Shown here: positions 48,051 to 58,872 of the stretch, one piece after another
Layout of the letters: each line of letters opens with the position of its first letter
Numbering within the stretch: position 1 is the first letter of the stretch
DNA from: Podarcis tiliguerta
Lineage: Eukaryota
Direction: 5' to 3' (one strand)
Assembly (NCBI GenBank): GCA_965153285.1
Contig: OZ229117.1
Length of the DNA: 64,000 nucleotides
Made by a program: the position numbers and the translations under genes
Notes under the pieces: model-generated
What the model saw: only the letters and a program-made list of their open reading frames with translations
Database searches by the model: none
What the model was told of the DNA's origin: nothing

Positions 48051-50409
48051 AGCTGATGGACATTGCACACGGACTCTCAGGGCAGAAAAATCAGAGGAGC
48101 TGGGTACCCAGACATTTAAAGCAACTCTGGTGCTTCCTCCTGAAAAATGATTTTATGCTGGTGCCCTGGCACTGGAATTGCTTCTTTCAACAGCCATTCT
48201 GCTGTTGGGAATTCTGCTGGGTTTCCATTCCCTCCCTGGATTGGGAAACCTCTCAGCTTCCCGACTCCACATCCTGCAGGGTTTATGAGGCTGAGGTCTG
48301 GCTCTTTATGACTCTATAAACAGCACTTACCCGTGGCCAGCTTGTTCGCACTTAACGGCTTGGTAGATTAAAACGAAAATGCGGCAAGGGGGTGGGGTGG
48401 GGTATGGGGGGGGGAGAGAAGAGAATTCTAGAGGGTGGGTGTAAATGGGTTGTTCCTTTGTACAGAAGAGACGACACTCCCCAAACCATTTGGTGGAGTG
48501 GAGTCGTGAGAAACGATGTTATGGTCTCTGCAGTTTGGCTAACTGGTGTTTAGAAGCCTAGGCTTGCATGCTTTTCAGATCACACTGACCTCCTTCATGC
48601 TTCAGTTTTGATGCTGGAGCAGTGGCAAGGAAGGAGGTGATTGCTGTGATACCCATCTGGGCAGGTAGCAAAGTAGTACTTCCTTTAACCACAAAGAAGG
48701 AAACTCTAGCAAGGAATTGGGTTGATCCACAGCTAGAAGAAAATATCATGTGGGATTGTACCTCCTGGGATTGTACCTCTTGAAGATGGAGGTGGATGTG
48801 GAGCATTTCATGTGTGTCATTCTCCCTCTCCCCCAGTCAAACATTCCCTAAAGGAAATCAGGGAGAAAGAAGCTAGCCTCATGTTGTTTTTGCCTTCTTA
48901 GTTTTCTGAGCACCCCTCACCCCTTCCGTGGAGAGTATGCAGTCATGCTGTCTCTCACTTGCTTTCTGAAGTGGCACAGTCCTCAGAAGGGCAGTACCAC
49001 ATAACATATCATTATCTGATAATATTAGGGTTGTCATATATCTGGAATTTTCTGGACATAGCCGATATTCAGCCCCCTTAAGCAGCTCAGCAACTTCTGT
49101 GTCCGGAATTTTCACTTTTTCAAATATGGCAAACCTATGATAGCTCAACAATTAGTCATAGGCAGGCACCCCAATTCAAAGCATCCAGGGACAAATTCCT
49201 TGCTGTCTCTGCAAAAGTCATATTTCCTGACCAGAAAGAGGCAAGCTGAGACAAGAGGCTTGTACAGAGAAACAACAGGCAGCCATCTCAGAGGGTGGGG
49301 TGCATTTACCGTTTTTGCAGTGTAAAAATACATGGGGGGGGGTGAGTGTGAAATGTGGTTCCAATAGACATTTGTGTGTGTGTTTGGGGGATGGGGCTTG
49401 AAGGAGGCAGACGTTTGGTTTCTGTTACTCAGCTGTGAGCAAAATGCACTTTGCACATGCTTAGAGGTTTTTTCATCAATAATAATGATGAACTAAAGAT
49501 GCTGTTATTTTAGGCCCAGCAAGACTTTACACAGTGTCAGCTTGGAGGGAGACAGAGTTGGATATCTGAATATGGCAGGGATGGAGGGGGGGACGGACCC
49601 TGCTCTTGCTGGCACATTCAGGTCTTTCTACCTGCTCCTTGCATTCCTGGAGGGATGGGGAGAATTCATTTTGTTCACATTTAATGCAATTATGCCTTAT
49701 TTGCACTTCCCAAGCCAAAACACAAAGCAAAACACCACTGCCCTTCAAAATGCACACCCCTCAAACAAACAGAAAAAGTGCCAATAGCCACAGTGCCCCT
49801 ATGTGTTGCTTTAATGGGGCTGTTTTATCACACATTTTAATAATGATCAGTTTTATAGTAATATCTTAATGGGTATATTCTATTGTTTTAAATATGCTGT
49901 GTTTTCAATTCTTCTGTATTTTAACAACGTTGTGCGATCAGTATTTATGTCTTGTTAAACTGCTTAGAAACCATCTGGGTATTAAGTGGCCTAGGAATCA
50001 ATTAATAATAATTATAAGTATTGTGCAATAGTTGTGTACAAAAATATGTATGCGGGAAGGAATGCATGCAAAGGATGTCCACATTTTTGTGCAGAATTTT
50101 AAAAATGAAAATTGCATACAGATGGACATATTGGGCGACCTGAACCTAAGCTTGATAAAATGGCAAGCCAAGAAGAACCAAAATTGACAATTCTGTCCAT
50201 TGTTACATTTCAGACAGCGAGGCTCCAGCTTGCCCCAAAGCCACAGCCTTTCCTCAGATTTGGGATTTCCCCCCTCTAAGGACAGCCTGCCAGTTGCTGT
50301 GGCTCCAGGGTTAGCAGAAAGCACAGCCCACCCCTGACCATTATTTTTCACCTCTAGCCCCCTTTTGCACCTTCAGCTTCCTGTGTTTCAGGGCTGGGTT
50401 GCAGGCATT

Positions 50410-51030
50410 GGGATGGGAGATAAATTCCATTCACTGCGATTTTATGGGCAACCCTGTCTAATTCAAATTCTCTGAAACATAGCAACCCTTCAAAATTCAT
50501 CTTTTTTTTGAATTTTGCAATGTGGTTCTCCAGTCACTTAATGTGTATGAAATTGCATATACAAGCGTGCAATAAAATGCATGTGAAAATAACATACAAC
50601 AAATGCATTATATAAGTGAAATTTCATTTTCAAAAATGTGTATATAAGGCCAAACTACATAGAAGGGCATGTATACAGTGGTACCTCGGGTTAAGTACTT
50701 AATTCGTTCCGGAGATCCGTTCTTAAGCTGAAACTGTTCTTAACCTGAAGCACCACTTTAGCTAATTTGGCCTCCTGCTGCCGCCGCACCGCCGGAGCAC
50801 GATTTCTGTTCTCATCCTGAAGCAAAGTTCTTAACTCGAGGTTAGCGGAGTCTGTAACCTGAAGCGTATGTAACCCAAGGTACCACTGTATTAGGAGAAA
50901 TCGGCAGCAAAATGCTGCCAAATTTTCATAAGAGCATTAAAAAAGACAATCTGCAAACTGGTATGAAAATGTGGAGAAATGAACTGGAAAATTGCTAAGT
51001 GGAAGAAACCAAAATTGTCAGATTTGAACA
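50410..51030 (+). mobile_element. AT-rich DNA element (TAGGGATG-type family) carrying a nested Tc1 MITE
   Basis: gggatgggagataaattc...gaaaccaaaattgtcagat; same family as 55256, 56720 and 58435. Confidence 0.6.
50676..50888. mobile_element. Tc1/mariner (pogo/Tigger-like) MITE, 213 bp
   Basis: TA|CAGTGGTACCTCGGGTTA...TAACCCAAGGTACCACTG|TA; near-identical to 26800-27025. Confidence 0.9.
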
Positions 51031-51121
51031 ATTGCAACTTTGAAAATAGATTCCAGAGTTAAGACTCTTCCCCCAGTTAAACTCTTCTTCTTTTTCTTCT
51101 TTTAAGGGCAAATGTCATAGG

Positions 51122-51908
51122 ATGAACCCTGCTGGACCACTCTTACTGTCTGTGATATCGTGTCTCCTGTGGCTGTCCCGGGGCTTTGACCCAGCTCCCA
51201 GCGCCTGCTCCGCCTTGGCCTCCGGGGTTCTCTACGGCTCCTTCTCACTGAAGGACCTCTTCCCCACCGTTTCCACTGGCTGCTCGTGGACCCTGGAGAA
51301 CCCCGACCCCACCAAGTACTCCTTGTACCTCAGGTTCAACCGGGAGGAGCAGGTCTGCACCCACTACTCGCCCATGGTGCTGCCACTGGACCATTACCTC
51401 TCCAACGACACCTGCAGCCAGCCAGAGGTGACAGCCTCAACCCGGGAGGAAGAGGAGGAAGACGGAGGGGAGGTCAGGTTGGAGCTGTGCCAGGGAGGGG
51501 GCCCCTTCACCTTTTTCCACTTCGACAAGAACTTTGTGCAGCTGTGCCTGGCGGAGGAGCCCGAAGCGGCCACCCGGCTCCTGCCCCCCGAGGCCGTGGA
51601 GTTCCGCTTCGTGGAAGTCCTCCTGATCAACAACAACAACTCCAGCCAGTTCACCTGCAGCATCTTGTGCCGCTGGCTCGAAGAGTGCCTTCGCCTGGGC
51701 ACCAGCCAATCCTGTGGCCTCTCACAAACCGGCTGCACCTGCCAGACCCCCCAGACCCTCCCGGCTCCTCCCCAATCCAACCAGACGCTCTCCAATGCTC
51801 TGACACCGCCTGTGACAAGCAGCAGCAGCAGCAGCAGCAGTGATTGCTGCGTGACCGAATTGCATTCTGGGAATGCGAATGATGTATACTCTCCGGAGAT
51901 TAAATACG
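51122..51908 (+). CDS. ADGRB2: Adhesion GPCR B2 (BAI2), large N-terminal coding exon (partial CDS; exon 51107-51908, phase-1 donor)
   Basis: The translation [49 protein letters not shown]...[21 protein letters not shown]...[13 protein letters not shown]...[19 protein letters not shown]...EIKYG matches the ADGRB2 N-terminus as I recall it (human MTPACPLLLSV...[18 protein letters not shown]...EMRYG). A polypyrimidine tract and AG at 51105-51106 precede the exon, and in-frame GKCHR precedes the Met (human GKGHRM). The donor is G|GTGAGT at 51908/51909. A signal peptide is present. Confidence 0.96.
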
Positions 51909-52641
51909 GTGAGTGTGGATGCATGGTAGGGGGTTCAGGCATTGTGGAAACGGGTCCTGTGGTAAACATCATAGAAAGGGTCACTTGTGGAAGTCTCTGC
52001 CCTTTGTATGTTCAGAGTGCTTCAAATAATTTTGAATCGCTCACTGGTTCTACTAATGACTGGTGTCAGAGATGAGCTGAAATGGGATTGCGACATCTTT
52101 TGCAAAATAATTTACCCCTTGCAAAGGGTTTGGTGATAATGCTATTTCTTTAAAAATATTTTCTTAAATAATACTTGAGCAAAATATAACAATATTTGAC
52201 CAGTCAACCATTCAAGTCTTTTTTTATTATACCATGCCATGTGATGCATTGTGTAAAAGGAAGTGTGGACACTGAAGTATGGAGACTACGGAAGGGCTGA
52301 CAGACATGCACAGCACATTTTGTTGGGCTGCACATCCAGGGAATATTTTTTAAAATTTATTTCAAGAAAGGACAAGATAAAAAAATGGTAAAGGTAAGAA
52401 GGCAAAAGCTTAACAAAACAACCACAACACAAGAGGTCAAAAAGCCAAAACAATATATTTTTCCTCCAGAGAAAATGACCAGTGCCAAGCTGACCAGAGG
52501 CAGGGCAGTTCTGGAGGGTCAGGGCCTTGCTTGTGCACCGCAAAAGCAGCTCCACATCCCCATCGATCTCTCTCCACAAAAGGTGATGAGTGGACCTCAC
52601 ATGGAGACTGCCATGAGACAGATACAGGCAGAGGAAAAACA

Positions 52642-52813
52642 CTGGAATGGATCTGCAGCTTCTGCCTGTGTCCATTTCCGGAAGAGGTGGTGGGGTGATT
52701 GGCTCCAGAAACAGCAGCCCCTCCTCTTCCCTTACTGCTGCTACTTCTAGAGCCAATCACCCCACCACCTCTTCCGGAAATGGACACAGGCAGAAGCTGC
52801 AGATCCATTCCAG
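52642..52813. repeat. Perfect inverted repeat, 64-bp arms with 44-bp spacer
   Basis: 52642-52705 is the exact reverse complement of 52750-52813. Confidence 0.95.
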
Positions 52814-55255
52814 ATCCATTCCAGCCTTTTTATTCTGCCCGCATCTCTCTGGCTGCTTCCCTCCCCCTGCTGCCGCCTTTTGCCTTCCTCTCTCACTGGC
52901 CACTTCTTCCCTGGTCCATACCCTCTTCTTGCCACAATCCACAGTTTTTAGAACAGGATGTGCCAGGGCACACCCAGCAAACCCTGTGTACACACCTATG
53001 GAAGGGCTATACATTTGACCTGTTACTTGTGTAAAGATCCTGTATTTCTGTGTTGTGTGAATGGGAGAAGGACAAGCAGGGAGCTCCTGTGCCAAAGAAG
53101 CAAATACTGCTTGAATCCCTCTTCTGAAGGAGCTGAAGGGTGTTTTCTTGACAGCTCCGTGAGTATTGGAGGCTGGGTCTGTAGGTACCTCTGGCCCCAC
53201 CCACCACTAGCATGTGCCCCCTCCCCCAGAAAGTTTCTCACAATGGCGTGTGGCCCTCAGACTGGAAAAACTTCCCCACCTCTGCTTCAGTGCCATTAGT
53301 TAACCATGTCCTGTGTCAGAATGAAGTATCTCATTTGTGTGTGTTACGGATGTGTTTTGTGGTCCTGAATTAACACGTTATGAGAGAAGGAGGGCAACAT
53401 CTCTCCCTAGCGCTCATACCTTCCGAGCTGGAAGGTGCCGCTTCTTAAGCGAGTCTTTTGCCCCAGCTGAGCCGCTCTTGCTTCTCCCCCGCTGACCTTC
53501 CACTCCCTGAGCTGGTGAGGAGGCAGAAGTATGTGAGGAGGCCCTGTTGTCACTCTGCCTTGGCAGAGACATAGAAAACAATTTACAGGGAAAATGACCC
53601 CTTTTCCCGTGGCAAATTACCCATGACTATGATGGCCCAGGTGCCTGTTATTCCAAGCCGGAATATAAAGGAGCTGCAATTCAGCCCGAGCAGACTATTA
53701 ACCAGGCTGAATGAGGCCATTTGCTTGTTAGACGGTAGCGCAAGCTGAAAGTGGAATGAAACCTTTTCTCTCTGGTCCAGCGGACGACCGCCTGTGAAGT
53801 GATTCCCTTGGGAAAAGGTTGTTCCTCCCGCTCCACTCCCCACCCCGCCTGATCTGGAGCCCTCTCTTGCACACTGACCTAAGTGTGCCAGCCCCCTTAA
53901 GGTGGGGTCTCTCAAGTGACTTCCCTTCCTTTCTGGGAGGGAATTTGATCTTTGCAGATTCTAATACAAACCAATATGATCCTTATCTCCTGGACTAAAC
54001 TGACAATCAGAACTTAGCTGCCCACTGGTTTTTCGCTCTTCCTAAATGCTTCAACACAGTCCCTGACTCATAAAACATACCAAAATACATTTTGTTTTGA
54101 GAGACGGGGGCATTATTTGTTTTAAACTGCTTCTAATTACTGTATTTTTAAATTGTTGTGACGTGCCCTGGGACCTTTGAGTGAAGAATCCCATGAAGAG
54201 ATAACTGGTAGTCATTTTTGCCTTGAAGAAAGTGGCTCCTCCTCCTCTTCTTCCTTGACACGCCTTCCTTTACATGGTGGTGCATCTGGTACAGAGTGTC
54301 ATCCCCAGGGAAGCTTGCTGGACCCCATAAGCACCTACTTTTTATCCCTACTCTTTGATTGCATAAACTGGTGGCTGCCTGTGACTTGTTGCAGCTGCGT
54401 GGCTGTGGTTTTGCCACTTCCCTTAGTTTTCACGACTGATAGTTGTTAGCTGATTTGACTTTTTTTTTGGGGGGGGGAAACCCAATTATTATTTGAGGCC
54501 TTTATGTTGTGCTGTTGAATGTTCAAAGCACATCACATCACATGAACCCGGGGATCTTTACAACCGAGTTGGGCTGAATGTGGCCTGTGTAGGAGTGTCC
54601 TGTGACCTTCGCAGGTTGCCCCGCTGCCCTCTGACCTGACCTCACTCACCTGACCTGCCGCCAAATTCATTACAGTGACTTGCACTCTCCTCATCCTCCT
54701 GAAAAGCTGTTTGGCAGGCTGCAGTGTACACAAGTAACATGTTTCTGTGGTGGGGGAGACATACTTCACTCATCTCAACTGCTCAACCCCAAAGCTCAGC
54801 TTGGAGTTTTGCCTTCTCTGCTGAGCTGCCGGGGCCGAGTGTCAGCGAGGAGAAATCTTCAGGGTGGGGTGGAGTGTGGGGAGAGTAATCTCCCAGCCTT
54901 CTGCTGCGGCAAGCATGTGGATAAATTTGCAATCGCCAGAGCCGCTATTGCTTTCGAAGGGCAGTAGCTTGAACTCTCCGTTACCTTCCTCAAATTATGT
55001 TTGACATTCAATTAAAACCCCGAGGCACCTGGACGTAAAACGTTAGTGTAGCTGGAAAGTCGCGGGGGTAATGTGTTTTTTTATACATTATTTTATTTGC
55101 AGAGTCATCAGACACTGGGCCAGAGGGAATTGGACTTGTCCTCGACTGCAGTTGTGGGGCGGTGGCAGGGGGTGGGGAAGAGAGGTGGCTGAAAAAGAGC
55201 CAGGCTGGGACTGGGCATCATGTAAAAGCTGAGTTTCAAGGAAGGTGTCTCGGCT

Positions 55256-55860
55256 AAGGATGGGGGAAAGATTCAGTTCTGCACAGATTCAAAGGCAAAC
55301 CTGCCTAGTACTCTCTTTCTGAAACAATGCACAGCCTGAAACTCAGCCATCTTTCAGAACTCACAGGTCTCTTGATTTTGCAGTGTAGTTCTCTTTCCAA
55401 ATAATGTCCGCACAGATTCATATACTAGGATAAAGTGTGCATAAAAACACACATATTCGTGAAAAATATTAGGAAAAGTTCTTTGCAATAAGGTATGTAT
55501 TAGGGGGAAAATATGGATGAATATTCATGAATACTTTTTTTAAAAATAATAGTAATAATCACAAACAGATATAGAAAAGTAAGAAAATCAGGCAGAGGGC
55601 CTTCTCAGTAGTGGAGCGCACCCTGTGGAACACCCCCCCCCATCAAATATCAATGAGATGAGTGACTATATAACCTTTAGAAGACATCTGAAGGCAGCCC
55701 TGTATAGGTAATCTTGTTAATGTTTTATTATGTTTTTATATATTCTGGAAGACACCCAAAGTGGCTGGGAAAACCCAGTCAGATGGGTGGGGTACAAATT
55801 ATAAATTATTATTAGTATTAACATTAGTTTAACTAAAATTGACAGATTTGCCAGTCCATA
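55256..55860 (+). mobile_element. AT-rich DNA element with a nested L2 3' end (about 55590-55815)
   Basis: taaggatgggggaaagattcagttc...aaaattgacagatttgcc; L2 tail ctgaaggcagccctgtatagg...gggtggggtacaaat. Confidence 0.6.
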
Positions 55861-58434
55861 CTATCAGTCTTGCAGAAATTTGAGATTATGCAAAAGTCGA
55901 CTTGTATTGAGTAGGTTCAAGGTGGGTGGCAGGCAGGATAAAGAGTCCTGGATGGAGCCCCAGATTGTAGGTCTCATTGTCTCATGTTTTGCTAGGGAAA
56001 CAGCTACCAGACTTAGAGTGCCTCACCTCTTTCACTGGCAGCTTCCAAGTGGATGTGGGTGTCCTTTTTTCATTCTACAAATCATCTCACAGCTGATCTG
56101 CATTCTACAGCCTTCCTGGGTGCAACACTGCCTGAAAACACCATGATGTCCTTGCCTTTCCCAACATGAAATATGGAGACCATAATGTCGACTTGCCTAT
56201 TGTACTGATTACTTTGCAGTAAGGATCCCTGACATAATTATGGGAAGCTCATTCAGCACTCTACGGTGCTATATAAATACAGAGCTTCATTATTTTAAGC
56301 ATTCAGTTTTTCAGCTCTAACAGAGTTGCAGAAAACCTGATTCATCATGTATCTGATGAAGTGGACTGTAGTTTGTGGAAGTTTGTTTCACCGTAATACA
56401 ATGGTTATACCTTAAGGTTCAATTTTGCAGAAAACCTATTGACCCTTCAGCCCAGTTTGGACATAACTCCAAGCCGAACCATGGCCAAATGTGAACATGC
56501 AAGGATGCAGGTGCCCACAGTAAATATTGTGGCAGCTTTATTCTTTCTTTGGTTTGGCTTAACATTATGTCCAAACTCAGGCTTATGGTTTGTCTCAAGT
56601 CCTACAAACCATGAACTGTATCCAAGGCTTGTCCTTGACTTAATGCTTGTGGTTCATCAGTTCAGAGGTAATAGTAAGCCAAAGCATGACTTATTTATGG
56701 GTAATGTGACAGCAGTAGGGATGGAGGAGAAATTTGACTTGGTTTTCATTTAAAGACAAACTTGCCTAAGTGGCACTTTCCAAAAAGATACAAGAATAGA
56801 AAAAAACAGCCATCCTTCAGAATTCACACTTCTCTGAATTTTGCAGTGCAATTCTCAAGCCAAATATTGTGCACAAAAATACTTATACGACAGTGAAGTG
56901 TGCAATGTAAATGCAGGTATTAGTGAAAACAACACACAAAACTGCATTATAATAGGAAAAAATGCTGTGCAAAGATTTGTATATTAGGCAAAATTGTGAC
57001 AGCTCCCCAAAGCAGTTCACCCTGAAACAGTAACAGGGAAAGCTTTAACTACCCTTCTCCCCCACCCTCTGTCAAATCTCCCCAGTTCTGTTGGTTGCAT
57101 AAATTGGTCCCGATTGTGCCCTCTAGACAGTTCCCTCCAGGACTCATGAGTGCATCTGAGCATGTGGGTGAAATATACAGCATGAGAATGTGCTCAGAAT
57201 AGTGTTTTTTTGGGAATCTGGGGATGATTGACAGAGGACAGAAAACTCCACTCAGTCACTTTGTTCTGGCTACTGTCAGAGTCAGGACTGTGGGCATGCT
57301 GGACTCACACCATGGCCGGAGCTGGCACCTCTCACATCTTTAATTCGCAGTTCTGGGCTTTGATGGTTCCCAGCTGTCTTTTCTGCGGGCTGTGTGTGTC
57401 TATCTCGCTGGCATCTCTTCTGGCCCATTTGTCACTGTGGCTCACAGATGTCATGCAATTTCTCCGCTGCCCGGGTGCAGCTCGCTGGCACGCAGAGCTC
57501 CTTTCTTACTATGCGAGAGAATCTTCCAAAAACCCCTGCAGGGCCAATATGCCTTCTGTGGCACTAAAACATGGGCCTGTGGAGGCACCCCCTCCCCTCG
57601 TGCCATGCTGGCTGGCTGGCTGGCTGGCTCTTTGGGAAACGAATCAATTCACAGGCCCCTGGTCCCCCCCCCCCATTCAGGCATGTGCCACACCGGCCTT
57701 GGAGACAACTCTGCTGAGGAGGTTAGAATGAAGATCGTAGGAAACCATCAGGTCACCATGGCAACTGGTATGCCAGAGGGAATTGCCTTATGCAAGGATG
57801 ATTAGGGAGAGGAGAGAAATATGTATGATCTTCAGCTTGGTTTTATGGGGTGGAGGGGAATCAATAGCTCACGGAAAGAGGAACAGTGCTGGTAGGTTGG
57901 GGTCTGTGATGGGTGGTCTGTTCTTTGGAAGGCAGGTACGCCACAAAGTAACACTTTGATGTTCTGGGTTTGAGTCTATTCATTCAATCAGAAGTGGAAC
58001 TTCAGGCTTCACATAGTTGCCAGGTTCTATCAAGGACAGGCAAGAGGGGATCGGGCCTTTGGTGTTGCGCTGTGGTGGCTGATGCCCATTTGGACTGGTA
58101 TGGTGGAAGGCAAGGAGGCCATAGTAGGTGGAGCCAGAGCCAATGAAAGGTGGAGCCAGCTAGTTCTAGTTCAGTCCTCATCCTCTTTGCCTGATGTGGT
58201 CTTTGAGGTAAACAGTAAGACTAAGCTCACCCAATCACTGCCACTCTCTGGATTGGTTGTAAATTAGAAGGCAGGCAGGCAGAGGCTGACTGAGGTTGTG
58301 GGGCAGTGCTCCATTCATCCTAATGGACCAGCCTTCCATAGAGTAGCAGTATCCAAGCAATGGAATGCTGTCCCCCCTGGAGGTTTGGTCAAGGCTCCCT
58401 ATGCTTTAGGATTTCTATTGGACCATCACGGCTA

Positions 58435-58872
58435 GAGATAGGGGAGAAATCTGATTCAGTTCACAAATGAATCCAGTTTTATCAAATCTGCACTCTCCAG
58501 AAGAATGTGAGAACCAAAACACAGCTATCCTTTGAAATTTGCACATCTATGAATTTTGCAGTGCAGTTCCCCAACCAACCAATGTTTACGAAAGTAAGGC
58601 AAATGTGTCCCTAAAAATGAAAGTGTTAGTAAAAATAACATACCAAAATGCATTATACTAGAATACATTACATGCACAAATGTGTACATGAGTCAAAATG
58701 GCATGCAAAAATGTGTTTATTAGGGAAAATTTTGCACACCAAAATGCTGATGAATTTTCATGAGGATTAAAAGCAAAACAAAATCTGCAGATTGCTGTCA
58801 AAATGTGGGAAATGAGATCTAAAATAGGAAAAAATAGAAACTGAGAGGACTAAGATTGACAGATTCCACCCC
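58435..58872 (+). mobile_element. AT-rich DNA element (TAGGGATG-type family)
   Basis: agagataggggagaaatctgattcagttc...aagattgacagattccacccc. Confidence 0.6.

Noticed and set aside
51286-51984. Alternative-frame and antisense ORFs (185, 196 and 90 aa) over the exon
   Set aside because: Shadows of GC3-rich coding sequence with no recognisable homology.
51909-52075. C-terminal part of the 317-aa ORF ([10 protein letters not shown]...WCQR)
   Set aside because: Read-through past the G|GTGAGT donor into the intron; similarity to ADGRB2 stops at EIKYG.
52286-53034. Paired ORFs with identical peptide on opposite strands (MDLQLLPVSISGRGGGVIGSR)
   Set aside because: A direct consequence of the perfect inverted repeat, not a duplicated gene.
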